Assembly: GCF_001194135.2 (NCBI RefSeq)
Contig: NC_068984.1
Coordinates: 376,823-430,554 of the forward strand
Direction: 5' to 3'
Length of the DNA stretch: 53,732 bases
From: Octopus bimaculoides
Taxonomy: Eukaryota
Shown: positions 36,695-49,810 of the stretch, piece after piece
Layout: each line of letters begins with the position of its first letter
Numbering within the stretch: the first letter of the stretch is position 1
Notes under the pieces: model-generated
Database searches by the model: none
Seen by the model: the letters and a program-made list of their open reading frames with translations, nothing else
Told to the model about the DNA's origin: nothing
Position numbers and translations under genes: made by a program

Positions 36695-37879
36695 ACATAT
36701 ATAGATATATAGATATATATAGATATATAGATATATATATTTATGTATATATATATATGTATATTTCTATATCTATCTATATATATATTTATATATGTAT
36801 GTATGTACACACACATATACGCACACATACAAATCGCAATGATGATTAAATCACCTTGCTAAGATGAAAGCCTATCAGAAAGATTGATAGCATTAGCTGA
36901 TACTGACGCTCGGTATAATGAGCCGCTGGACATTGTATGTATTCCCGTGTATTGCACAAAGAAAACATGTTTTCTCACAAAAAATCCCCGTTCACCTGAT
37001 ACAAGAGGGAATAATAAACCTCGTCCCTTAGTTACGTGTTAGCAATAATTATTTGTTCTGCTACAATTATCTTTAAACACACAAACCTCACCAGATTACA
37101 TAAAGCTTTCATTAGTCTCATCATTCATCAATATTGATTGATGAGAAACACAAATGCTTTATATTTTTATTGGGAGTAAATCGAGATTATGCGACGTTCA
37201 TGCTTATCTCAAGGGCATTTGTGATGTCACTGAGTTGAAGAACTACTACAATACAACTGTTACAACTGGATATTGAAACCCGGTGATGAATTAGTATAAG
37301 ATGTTACTAGGGCTGTACAACAGTATTCAATAGGATTTTTCAATATATTGATAGCCCGCCCTCCCCTCACCAGAAACCTACGACGTGTAGATAGGGATGT
37401 GTACCAAGAACAATCAAGCAAATTTTATGTGATATTCCAGATGAATCCACATCGAGGCAAGAAACTCAGAGAGGCAACTCCGTCCAGTTTACTACTTCAC
37501 CAGGAACGATTCCTGAGACAGGAGCAGGAAATCTAAAATAAACAAATATTAGCGCTAATGGCTCCAGTATGACCACAACCTCTGAGTGAAAACGATAAAA
37601 CTATAATGGAGCAAGTTATTTCACATGATTTACTATTATGAGTCTATATTTTGAAATACATCTTTTCTTTGCTCCGCCTCTTTACTTCTTTCCTTCCTGG
37701 CTCTCTTTCAAAAAGACGAAACCTCCCGTTTGCTCTTAGTTAGAAGCTCCCTTCCATCCTATTATATAAACCCCCAGCATCTTCCAAAGCTATGCTGTAG
37801 AACCCCAGCATATTTGAAAGATGCTGGGGTTCTACTTCCTATTCTGTTTGTCTCTTAAACACCAGCATAAAATTTAGCC

Positions 37880-38730
37880 CAAGGCTCAATTTTAATACAC
37901 TGGTCACTTTGACTCTACCTCTCCCAACCTCATATCTTGTATTAAATGTAAATTTTATGATTCCCTGAATAGTGGTAAAACCGGATGTCATTGAGATAAA
38001 AGCTTTCACCAGCATCTTCTCGATGTTCGGAAAAACATTCACACAGATAATCTCTAACCTCGTAGCCAGACATTTAGATTCATCCAGCCACACCTTTAGA
38101 ACGTTAAAACTTGGTGCGCATGCACGGCAGAATTCAAGGTCGCCTGTACCAAACGGCTTTACTCTGCGTGGTTTAGCTTCGTTACGATAGCAATAATCCG
38201 GATACTTATTGACCAGATATATACACATATATAATATTGATATGTGAGCATGTATATAAATATATAATTTCATTTCTTGAAGAGTTAGCATCTGTTCCCT
38301 GCTTCAACCCTTTAAACCCATCGCATATTTCTGACGATTCCCATCTTTCTAGTTTCTGATTTTTTTTATCAATTCCTCGAATTTACTTTCTACTACGAAC
38401 TTTTAAGTCATTCTTCTACTCACTCTCGCTAGTTCTTTCTACAGTTTGCACAGTTTTGTATGCGCATGAATAGTTATGTCTATTTATTCCTTGTCATTTG
38501 GCGTCATTTTACTCATCAACATCAGCCTCACGATACTGATCTGTATCTTGCTAAGGCACAGACTAACTCCACTCACATTATACATCTTCTACACTATTCA
38601 CACTAACTCACATTGCCTTTTCCTCTCCCATTCCACATCGACGCTTCGGTTAAACTTTTCCACTTTTTCCTTATCTGCAGCTAATTTTTGTCTTTTCTTT
38701 GAAGAACGACAAGAGTCCGAAACGTTTTTG
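37880..38730 (+). mobile_element. Penelope-like element GIY-YIG remnant plus 3' pseudo-LTR with a decayed hammerhead-like end
   Basis: Frameshifted LISCIKC...GKTG...F..HLLDVR...NLVARHLDSSSHT, compared with PLE CISC.KC..YIGETG...H..D.R...VARHF...H. Ends in 'ttgaaga-acgacaagagtcc-gaaacgtt' (~38698-38728). Confidence 0.58.
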
Positions 38731-39500
38731 TTACAATAGCACCTGTAATAAAACACGTGTCACTAAAGAATATTACAGCCGAATAAAGAGATTTTGGACC
38801 TCAGAATTCTATGCATTTAATAAAACAGTGGCCCAAAATGTTTTCAGTGCCAGTACTCTTACTAAAATTTGGACTACTTGATTGGACGATTGAGGAGACC
38901 CGAGCCATTGAAGAGAAAACCTGGAAGATAATAACAAGCACGTATAATTTCCACATAAACAGTGACGTAGACCGACTTTACCTAAAACGAAAACAAGGTG
39001 GCAGAGGCTTAAAACCAATCCAAAATGTCTTTGAATAGCGTATCATATTCCTTCGGCAACATCTTTTAAACACCAAGTGTCGAAGTGCATCCCTTGACCA
39101 AGTTTGCATAAATGAAGCTGATAACGTCATAAGACTTGGAAGGCAGCTCCTTGAGCAACACTCTTTGTCTGATAACCTAGAATACATGCCCAAAGAAGTT
39201 GCATGATTCTACCGCAACGTATCATCAGATGAAAGGATGAACATGTATGAGCAGAAGACTACGCATGGATGTGTTAGTAGAAAGTTCGGAGATAATAGTA
39301 ACATTGATCATGAAGGCAGTTTATCATGGACGAATAACCGGATTACTGACTCCCACTTTGAAGGGTATGTGTTTGCAATCCAGAAATAGGAAATATCAAC
39401 CAAATACCTGATGCACAAAAGGGACAGAAATGCAGGAAAAGTAGTAAAATGTGAAAACCGATGCAGTCTTTGTGGCGTTCACACCGAAGATATCACGCAC
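38730..39500 (+). mobile_element. RLE-type LINE post-RT remnant
   Basis: GLLDWTIEE...FHINSDVDRLYLKRKQGGRGL..., FEGYVFAIQ, YLMHKRDRNAGKVVKCENRCSLCG. Confidence 0.88.
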
Positions 39501-39563
39501 ATGCATACATTAATGTATCTCTGCATGCTGCATGCATACTTAGATCATGCACACATGCATACC

Positions 39564-39685
<122 letters not shown>

Positions 39686-40114
39686 CATGCAGTTAAGCAA
39701 AACACAGATGTAGAAAGTGAATCCAATAAATAATAAATGGTGTAATAAAGTGAAAAAAATCGAAAAACAACAGCAGCAACAGTAACAACAATGATAACTT
39801 GCCAACCAGTTGGTTATTTTAGGTGTAGAAAAGTATTGTGAAATAATATTGCGTATGTTTAAAGGCGAGCAGTGTGATTGGTTCGACGTTGAAATAACGT
39901 GGCGAATAAAAACATCCACATTTCATTGTCACTTCTTATATTACACAAAACGACCATTTTGTGAAGATACACAAACTGAAAGTTAGACAGGGATAGAGGT
40001 GGGGTGACGATGGGGTGTGTAAGACAAATAGGCTGTGTGGTTACAGCTTGGAATAATATTATATTAAATGGATCCTGTGATCTATCTGTCTATCTGTCTG
40101 TCTGTCTGTCTGTG

Positions 40115-40336
40115 CGTTGTGCTCTTGAGCGAAACACTTCATCTAGCTTTGCTCTTCAATCACTTCGATACCTAACGCATGGTACACCTGTGCACCTAAC
40201 GTCGATTTGATGGAGAGACTGAGCTAATGTGCGGCGGCGCGAAAATTTGATCTCTCATAAACAAACCATTCTTGTGCAGGTCGATCGGCAAAGAAAACTG
40301 AACGCTCATACGTCGTCAGTGACGGGAGAGATCATC

Positions 40337-40340
<4 letters not shown>
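40115..40340 (+). mobile_element. SINE family C-like fragment
   Basis: 'cgttgtgctcttgagcgaaacacttcatct' is related to the 15985-16086 element; bounded by microsatellites. Confidence 0.5.
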
Positions 40341-40384
<44 letters not shown>

Positions 40385-40834
40385 ATTAACAATGCTATTA
40401 TTCCTTTCATACAAAAATATCCGCAATTGTTAAGCGTTCAACTTTAAAACGTTGGCAATCTGTCTCCATGTTGGCTAAGGCTATGTGAGATTACTCGACA
40501 TTTTTAAGACTTCAAACGTTAAGTGTTATGGAGTGTGATTTAAGATACACTTTATTATTTCCTTTGCATCTGCCTCGCTTTTTTTCTAAAGTGTTGGTAA
40601 AATGTCAGTGGGATTTGTGCGCATTACAGTTCAATTGCCTTGAAAAAATACAATCATACATGCAGTTATATCGATATATACAACATGCGTCACACGCCTG
40701 CAATTTTGTGAATATACGTGCATGTGTATACTGACTGGTTTCAATTCGTTAATGAACTGAAAGGAAAGCATATGTACACTGTGAACCTTTGGTGAAGGGA
40801 ATATATATCGACTACAAATTAAAAAAATCCTCTA

Positions 40835-41625
40835 GAGATGCTTGGTCGACCGTGTCGAAAGCTGCCTTGAGGTCGACGAAGTTGGTGTTGATGTGGCGAT
40901 CTTTGCGGAACTCCCGAGATGTTTCAATGATGAGACGAAAGGCAAGAATATTGTCGGTGGTAGATCGATTCGGCATGAATCCGGCTTGGAGTTGGAGGCG
41001 CCTGCTTCTGATGGCAGGAAGAGCACGGTTGAGGAGGATCTTGGTGAAGAACTTTCCCGGGATGGAGAGGAGGGCGATGCCCCTGTGGTTGCAGCAGATG
41101 AATTTGTCACCCCCACCGTTTCTAGAAGAGGAGGATGATGCCTCGTGTCCAGTCATTTGGGAGTCGGAACCGTCATGGGCTCTGTGGAGCATGTTGAATA
41201 CCTGGCAAAGAGGACCAGCGGCTTCGATAGAGAACAATCGAGAACATCAGATGGTACTATCATATTTCCAACAAAGAACTGCATGTGTGCACGCGTCAGC
41301 CCGCAGCCTTCTACCTTATAGCTATCCGTTGTATGCACGGGCACGGACATACCCTCTATCTCCCGCTAGATTATCCTACCAGGGTTTTACCCCTAATTCG
41401 ACGCAGCAGCAGGTTAGAAGAAGCCACGTGACAGGCCCCGCACCGGATGGCTGGACGTAATTGGGGAACATCTCCAGAGGCTTGATGTCACCATGGAGGA
41501 TGGAGAGGAGCTGGCACGGGACCGCCAGGGAAGGAGAGCACTGGTGGACCTGGTCAGATCTACGCATGATGACACATCTGGGACCAGTAACTGGGAATGA
41601 CCCCAGCCCCATCAAGCAAGAGCAT
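40835..41625. mobile_element. RTE-clade LINE with inverted 5' part (40835-~41230 on minus; ~41232-41625 on plus)
   Basis: Minus: GDKFICCNHRGIALLSIPGK...QAGFMPNRSTTDNI...FVDLKAAFDTVD. Plus: IENIRWYYHISN...PRDRPRTGWLDVIGEHLQRLD...LARDRQGRRALV (RTE C-terminus). Confidence 0.85.
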
Positions 41626-43599
41626 AAAGTCAAAAAGCGAAACCAAACTGAAATATCTGGCACTTTATAAACGGCATCCTTTGGTGGTTGTGTTGTGATG
41701 AAGTCCTTTTTTTAGAGAATCCTCCGTGATAAAGAGACTTTATCAATTTTCTCAAAGATTCATTTATAGCATTTTATACCGCAATTCACACACAATACTA
41801 TTGTTGATTACGAATTTCCAATGGCCAGTCATATGTTCATAGCATTTCTAAAGAGTGAGAAAGGAATTCTTCTAATTCAAAGATTTTTTTTGTTTTCTGG
41901 TCGATGCGTATTTCCTTCACCATTATACATCAGCGAAAGCCTCACAATCATAACATATATACGCAATCTCAACACACATACATACACTCAAACGTAGATA
42001 CACAAATATATTCACAAAAAACTTTCACTTTTTCTTTCTACTAAATTTCAATCGCAAAGATTGGCTAATCCGAAGCTCTGGTAGAAGAGTTTTGTACAAT
42101 GTGACCGAACCTAAAATAATGTGGTCCGAAACGAGTCTCATACCCACACAATCATTTTACTCCTTAAATAATGCGCGATCTAAAATATATCAATTAAATA
42201 TACCTATCTCCTTCGAAGAATTCTATCGAAGAACACGAGAATATTTGTTTTAAACTTGTTGAGGAACAACTTGTTACTGATAATCGTCGTACCTTGTTAT
42301 TATTGATAAGTTTAAACGGCTTAGTACGAGCAGTGAGGAACACGAGACAAATAATTTATTCCTTTCATTTACAACAAGATTTGCAATATCAGGCAAGAAA
42401 TCCCTTGATATTTATAGTAATCGCTCTGACTGTGCAAGGTGATAATCATGCCATCATTTATAGTTTGAAGAACATTATTCTCCTTCTAGAAAAAGATAAG
42501 AAAGTTCGGATAGCAAATTTAGTAGAGTGGTGGGTTTATCCTATTTGATGGTTTCCTACTGACTCGGTGTATAATGCTCGTGACTTTATTGATTACACTA
42601 ACATTGTCAAAATCTACAGCCACAAATACTGTGATTCAGGTCTCTACAATATTGTAGCTCTGACAAATTGTTGACCCCCTGTGAAGCTGAAGTATGACAA
42701 ACGTGTAGTGAAAGACTGACCAACCAATTGATACGGAAGTTAACTGTATTGATGCTGTGAACCTACAAAATCATAACACAATAATAACTATTGTAAAAGT
42801 GAGGGGAAAAGAAAAGAGAGAAGGCAAGGGAGATAGTGGAAGGGAAAGATAGAGGAAAGGTGCGAAGAGATTTGCATTACAACTGCATTACAGGGCGAAC
42901 AATTGATCACTCTTTCTATTTAATCAGATTATGGGTTTTTTTCACACAACATCAATCAACGAAGAAAGCTGCGAAGGTTGTTGAATGATTAAAGCAGATG
43001 ACAATAAACCTAGAGGTGAGCACTTCGAATCCTGCCCTCAATACTTTATTGCGTCACTCGGTTAGATATTTAATTCTTAAATGACTTTGTCGATTTAGAC
43101 CTTAGCGAATTGCTTTCTTCTATTGGTCAACTGCTTTCTCAGTTCACATATGGTATCTTAAAAGCGTTAAACATTTCTCAATATTGCAATTTTCTTTATC
43201 GGAAGTAATTTTTGACAAAAATTCTAGCCACTCCGACGACATTGTAATTTTATACACAGAACTGATTACCAGACAATTAATTACCGATATTAAATTAATT
43301 CCTCTATGATTATCTTCCTCATACGTGCAAAAATAGTCTTTGTTTTATAATGCTAATTAATTCTCTCGGCGAGTAATAATTTATCTAGAGCGGCTTAAAA
43401 TTTGTATAGAATCCTATATCTACATGCATACGTGCGTACATACATACATACATGTATACATACATACTATATACAGACATAAATATGTGTGTGTGCATGT
43501 GCGTGCGTATGTGTGTGTTGTGCATCGCACCCTCCTCACTGAAATGAATCCCCGTTTGCTAGATTAACTGGTTATCAGATATAGCTCAATATTCTTCTA

Positions 43600-44230
43600 G
43601 CCATAGCTCATCATCTCTATTCTACTGTAGTTTGGATATCACTCATGGTGGTATTTATCTTACGGTGAGTTAGGCCTAACGATAACAACAGTCGTCTCAC
43701 ACTGTGTCCAACGAATCTTTTACATCGGACTTCGATTGGAAAATGCTCCGATTTCCAGTCCGCGTCTTCACATTCCCCAAGGAGGTCTTCATGACGGACA
43801 ATCTTTCGAGCCCGAGCGGTGTCCATGTTATTTTCATGAGGAACCGTTAACGCAACTAGATTTACCACTTTCTTTCACACCATATTACGATATCCGGGTT
43901 CTTCGTAATTGGAATGGGAAAGAATCATTGGCACCCAGGTAAATCTGCAGCCACCACCCAATAGCCATTCCACTTTTCATCGCTCACAGGAAGTTTCTTC
44001 TTTTTGAAACGGATCTGCTGTCCTGAGCGCACGAAGGAAATGAAACCCCTGGTTGTTTCTTTCAATGGTTTTTTGCCACTATTGATGAGAGCAATTTGGT
44101 TCTTTATAGCATTGAAAATAACCTTAAGGACCAGTTTGTGTCTTCATGTATAACTATTCAATGCCAGTGAACAGGTGGAAAGAATATGTTCCAGTGTTCC
44201 GACTTTTCCGCAACCGCATAAATAATTTTC
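43600..44230 (-). mobile_element. RLE-type LINE (Hero/NeSL-like) 3' remnant
   Basis: CGCGKVGTLEHIL...; NPDIVIW; VNLVALTVPHENNM..A..RK...EDLLGECEDADWKSEHFPIEV, compared with PD..VELTVPWEEN...FPIEVGCRGF. Confidence 0.8.
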
Positions 44231-44289
44231 TGAGGCGTTCAATCTTATTAGATTTTTATACTATTTCTTATTAACCCTAACCCCTATTT

Positions 44290-45560
44290 TTATTCCCATG
44301 ATATTAATTAACTCTTTGATATTTAATTTTTTAATTTGTAATTTTAAAAAAATTAAAAATTTAATCCCAAATTCTAATCTCAATTTATCTCAACTTAATA
44401 CAATAATATATAATATCCCCTTTATTGTTAATTACACTATTTATTTAGTTCACATTAATATATATACCACTATTAAAATTACCTTATTACATTTCCGCTG
44501 CTTACTTTATAATCCACTATTTATACTTTTTTTCATATTAGTGGAATACATATAACCCCTATTCAAAACCATAATATTAGTATGCTTATTATTAATTTTT
44601 TTTAAGTGTTTAAATCTTTTATATTCTTAAATCTTTCAAATCTCTCAATTTTATTCTCAGTAAATCTGTCCCAATCGAAACACATCCTCTTATATACTTG
44701 ATAATTCATTCCCCCAGATAAACAAAGGGAGATAACCTGTTGTTCTTCATTATACCCTTATTCAGAATATGTAGCGATGTTTTTTAAAACCGACCTAATA
44801 TTTTCCCTTAAATTTGTATAAATCTTTAAATTCCTTACAGAAGTAAGTATAATATAATTTTTTTTTATCCATCTAATAGTTTTTCTGCATAATTGAATGT
44901 ATCTGTTAGTACATTGAAATGGTGCATAATAATAATGATAATAATAATAATTAATAATAATAATAATTTTTCAGTAGAATAAATTTTCTTCATAATCGAA
45001 TGATAAATTAGTATCTTTAAATTTCTATTTTACATATATACCCCATCCCACCATTATAAATTGATCTTAACCATTGAAGATACAAAGCCTCCTCACGAAT
45101 GAACCATAATTAACCTCTTACTTATGAATTATCTAAGTATAGCCTAATCTTTTTTAACCATAACTTTAAAATATTATAACCAACATATATATTTTACATT
45201 AATTATCCCAAGTCACTTATTGCTTTTTCTAGCTTCATTCAATTAGCTAATATCCATCTATTTAATTTTCTTTTAGTTATTATTTCCCCCCTCCCAGCAA
45301 ATTGTATTTCTCTCTATATCTTTTTTCCTTTTCTTATCTATCCCTTTTCTTCCCTTTAATTAAATCTATTTAATTAACGTCTTCACAGTATCTTACCCTA
45401 ATTACACGATGTCGCTCACAACCCATAACCGTCTATATTTTTTCTAATTGATTGCACGATGGACCTCAAAATCCATAACCTTCTATTTTTCAAACCCCGA
45501 ATTGTTTTTTAGCATGTTTTGATTAGCTAACACCTCCCCCTTATTACTTCCTCGACGGCC
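44290..45560 (-). mobile_element. Very AT-rich decayed LINE, possibly L1/Tx1 ORF2 C-terminal part
   Basis: Minus frame ...REIQFAGRGE...ISDLG*LM...ILKLWLKKIRLYLDNS loosely recalls post-RT 'FLW.G...GGLG...W.KR.LD'. Many stops. Confidence 0.38.
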
Positions 45561-45981
45561 TCCCTTGCTTTTCTAACAACTTAGTATTTACATCAATTGG
45601 ATACTTAACATATGATTATGTGGTCCTCATTTATCTGATCTGGTACGTTTTTTACCACCAATTTGAATTCCCCCGAAAAAATATGTAAGCATTAGCCTTT
45701 TGCAAGAGGCAAGCTCTGAAGATATCTGGTCACGTGATTTTTACATCTGCAACTCTTAACATGTTTCGAACCCTGCAGATCAGAAGCACTGTTTCCCTAG
45801 TGACCAGATGGAGACATGTGTAGGCACTTTTGTTGATGCTTATTTCATGTCAGTTTATGTTCCTTTAAATTTCATTTGCATTAAATATTTGCAATGTTTT
45901 TATGATACAAATAAAATAACTAGCCACAATATATTTTTTCTCCGTTTCCTTATATATATAAACACACGCATACACAGACAG

Positions 45982-46030
<49 letters not shown>

Positions 46031-46033
<3 letters not shown>

Positions 46034-46242
46034 TTTCTACTACAAGCACAAGGCCTGAAATTGTGAGAAGAGGACTAGTCGATTGCATCGAGCCCAGTGC
46101 GTAACTGGTACTTAATTTATCGACAACGAAAGAATGAAAGGCAAAGTCGACCTCGGCGGAATTTGAACTCAGACTGTAGCGACGGACGAAATACCACTAA
46201 ACATTTCGCCCGGCGTGCTAACGATTCTGCCAGCTCAGCGCC
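46031..46242 (-). mobile_element. SINE family B copy, well preserved, between (TA)n runs
   Basis: Reverse complement: gcagaatcgttagcacgccgggcgaaatg...gagttcaaattccgccgaggtcgactttgcctttcattctttcg..gtcgataaattaagtaccagttacgcactggg. Confidence 0.88.
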
Positions 46243-46941
46243 TTGATATATATATATATATATATATCCTTCCACGTGACCGGTGTTCGGCCAAGCGTGA
46301 CCTTTCTTTCTTGGTTCGACTACCATCCGTGCAACATCTATACTCCTTCTCATGCCTGTCATCTCTTATGTCCCTGCCGTAAGGCTTCACTTCCACACAT
46401 GCCAGCTTAATTTAATTCGTCCTTACTCGAAAGACACCTGTTGTTAATGTCCTGTTGTTAACATTTGTATTTGTGTACTATTTCTCCGTTGTTTTTTTCG
46501 GTCCTTGTTTTCGTATACATTTGCTGCTTTCTTCCAAGGTATCTAGTGCTCTCAACTTAGATCTTCCTTGGGGTTGGCCAGATTGAGGCAGTCTCGAGTG
46601 TAACCAGCCGAAACTGCAAAGATAATCTGGAACTCAACTGACGGAAGAAAACTCCGAATGACCCGTCCTTGTTTTTTCATGTCCCTTTTTGTATCATCCA
46701 ACTGCGTGGATGTCTTGTCGCCTGTTGCGTTCTGGTCCCATTTTTTGTATTCTTTTTTACATATAGCGGCGTACGTACACTTTGGTCTTTTATATATATA
46801 TAAATTAAAAGGGTAAAGATTTATCAATTTATTAATTTATTAATAAATCAACAATTAATAATTTTTACCAAGCCCTTCGGTATGTAAGCACCATTATCGG
46901 TGGAGAACCTATTTAAATGCTTGCTGATCCCNNNNNNNNNN

Positions 46942-47369
46942 TGCAATGCGACGTATCAGCTACTGGGAAAGAATGAATTATAAAGAACTTGAAATAGAAA
47001 TTGGCAAAATGTGGAAACTCAAGACTAAAACAATACCTGTTGTCATAGGTGCCCTATGAATGATAGCAAAAGGGGCTGATTGCTACCTGGCTCAGATACC
47101 AAGAAACACCAAAATGGCATAAATTCAAAAGATAGTGCGCATGGGAACTGCTCATACCCTACGTAAAATACTGTCTATGTAATCTCAAATTTTAAAACAA
47201 AGACAATTTTTTTTGTTTTCTTAAACATTCTCTAGAACAATACTCTATGCAAAACGAAATATATGACACCCTAGGCATAACACCAACATGAACTTCTAAC
47301 TTGTTGTCTCTTGAGGTCTTTGGGTGAGACTTGGGGTCAACTTGTACAAATCTAAAGCAAAAGTCAAAC

Positions 47370-47403
<34 letters not shown>
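46942..47403 (+). mobile_element. RLE-type LINE extreme 3' end with (TAA)n tail
   Basis: YKELEIEIGKMWKLKTKTIPVVIGAL...IQKIVRMGTAHTLRKILSM*, then a 3' UTR and (TAA)n at 47374-47403. Confidence 0.88.
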
Positions 47404-47405
<2 letters not shown>

Positions 47406-48143
47406 GCCATGGAAACCGGGCAATCATCCCTACGAATTCTAAGACTTGAAATAGTAATGTCCAGGGGTTGATGGGGATGATGAAAACTACCATTATGCGT
47501 TCGAATTACTCTCTTTGCCGTTTACAGTTTTAATTTCACACGAGAGAATCAGCAGATTATGGAGTTGGGATATTTTTCATGTAATGAAAAAAAAAAAAAG
47601 AAACAAAAGAAAACATGAAAAACAATATTGTTTTATTTTCAAAAGTATTATGTTTACACGATTTTATCTAGAATCTAAATTTAGATTTAACAATCTAAAC
47701 ATATCAACTTTAAAAATAGATCTTATTTATCTTTCCTTCCACCGTTTCATTATCCACCAAAATTGGAACTTTCCAAATCAACATATTGTTCTCATTATGT
47801 TTGTATGTATGTATGTATGTTTGTATGTATGCATGTATGTATGTATTTTGTCTGCGTATATATAAAAAAAAACACGATGATATAATAGATCCATTAACGG
47901 CGACGGTTTCGTTAACAGTCTTTGCAACACCAAGCTGACAAAACAGCGATATTATATATTATCGATGTACTATTAATAAAACAAATATTTAGGCCAATTC
48001 CACGATGCCTTCATATTACTCTTCTCTTTTCCTTTCACCAAAATGAATGATTATTTTGATATTTTCAGTGGCCATTCATTACATCAAATATTTAAGTTCA
48101 GAATCGATCTGGCTGTATATTTGGATTGGTTATCGATCCGGTA

Positions 48144-48234
48144 ATGTTTAGAATAGCCATTAACAGAAGTTGTATTTGGCAAGTGCTATCTTTTCTGACA
48201 TTGGGATTGGTTATTATGGACACATTTGCTGATG
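48144..48234 (+). CDS. Candidate first coding exon encoding a signal peptide (MFRIAINRSCIWQVLSFLTLGLVIMDTFAD), exon 48069-48234
   Basis: Pyrimidine tract and ttttcag acceptor at 48061-48068; in-frame upstream TAA at 48093; ATG at 48144; n/h/c-region pattern ending T-F-A; phase-1 donor G|GTCAGG. No homology recognised, so it could be chance. Confidence 0.38.
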
Positions 48235-48494
48235 GTCAGGGTACACTAAAAATACAAAGCTGATTACCAGTTGAAGTTAAAAATAGATCGCTGATAAATC
48301 AATACATCTCTAAATAGATTACCATCACGGATTACTCACTAAAAATACTCAATTACTTATTGATTAAAGAGTATGGATTAAGTATATATATCGTATATTT
48401 CCCCTGATTTCAATGATATTGCCTTTATGAGATAGGTTTCATGTTATTGATGTTTTTTATGCACTATGCCTCGACGACATAAACATCTATATCA

Positions 48495-49810
48495 TCATCA
48501 TCGTTGTTGTTGTTGTTTTACTTCTCAGAACGCTCGGTCTTGTTTGCTCTGGTAGATTCTGTGAGAGCGGACAGTAGCCTGTGATCAGACGTCTCACAGG
48601 TCTCTTTCCGCACATTATAAGCTTTGATGATTAGTTGTTGATTATCATGGGAGACATACAATTTCCAAGTACCGATCTCAAAATCCTAGTTGTCCCCAGC
48701 GGAACAGGTTTTTGGGCTTGCTCTGCTCTCAGGTCAATTCCAATTTCTCTGACGTATTTCTCAAAGTTGGTTGTTAGTGCTGCGAGTGTGACCCTACAAC
48801 TACTGGAATAACAGACACTCTCCTCATAGTCCACATCCTTGTAATTTCGTCTTTTAATAGTTTGTATTTTTCAATCTTTACTACTTCTTTGTCACTTATG
48901 CATGCATCCCCATGTATTGCAATATCTATAATGTTGGTTTCTCTTTTTTCTTTATCTACCACAACAATGTCTGGTCTCCGAGCCGTGATTAGGAAGTCAC
49001 ATTGGATTATAAAATCTCACAGTATCATATATTCATTGTTCTCGGTGACTCCTTTTGGTTCATGTTCGTACCATTTTCGTACTCTGTCCAGGCCATACTT
49101 TTCCTAGTTCCCTGTGAATAAACTTTGCCACGTTATCGCACCTCCTTTTGTAGCGCTTTTGGGTCAGCTTGCTACACTCGCTCACAATATGTGAGATTGT
49201 TTCTTTTTTTTTTTTCGCAGCCACACATCTTACAAAGGAGCGATTCGCTGTTCTTATCTATTTAGAACTTGATGCAATTAGTCCTCAGATATTGTTCCTG
49301 CTCACTGCATATCAACGTCTCAGTGAATCCTTTCAGATCACTTTTTCTTAGCCATCTCCAAGTGTTGATCGATTTCTCTGAGGTATTGTCGATGCAGTGA
49401 TTTCATTTTCCAATTGTTTTCGGTAGGTATTGTATTGTCAATTCTAACAGCGGCAAGAATTCACACTGCTGTTTGATGTACCATCCCAGACCGTTCTCCT
49501 CGTTGACAACACAGATCTTGAATCCTATGAGGCCTCTTCCTCTCCTGTTCTTAGGCACACACAGTCTGTCAGTATCGCTTTTTGGGTGTAGTTCCTTGTT
49601 AATTGTCATCACTTTCCTGTCCTTTTCTTCAAGCTCGTTCTTTGTCCACCTAACAATATGTGCGCCATATCACATTAAGGAATCAGTTCATGTGTTCATT
49701 GTTTTACCATTGAGTCTTCTTCCCATAATTAATTTGTTTTTGTCTGCGATATTCTCGCCTGAAGCTTTCCTTCATTTTACATACCTTGATTTTGTCGCAT
49801 TCTAAAATCC
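48495..49810 (-). mobile_element. RLE-type LINE (R4/Dong-like) post-RT to 3' end with (AAC)n tail
   Basis: MTINKELHPKSDTDRL...GRGLIG; RPDIVVVDKEKRETNIIDIAI.GD...KE..KIEKY..L..EI.RMW; LGTTRILRSVL. Confidence 0.9.

Noticed and set aside
37839-38291. 150-aa minus-strand ORF
   Set aside because: Antisense shadow of the plus-strand Penelope GIY-YIG remnant.
40789-41460. 223-aa plus-strand ORF
   Set aside because: Shadow frame across the inverted RTE relic.
46572-46622. cagattga-GGC...GCC-GAAAC-TGCA hammerhead-like remnant
   Set aside because: Core is altered at several positions and there is no GUH triplet.
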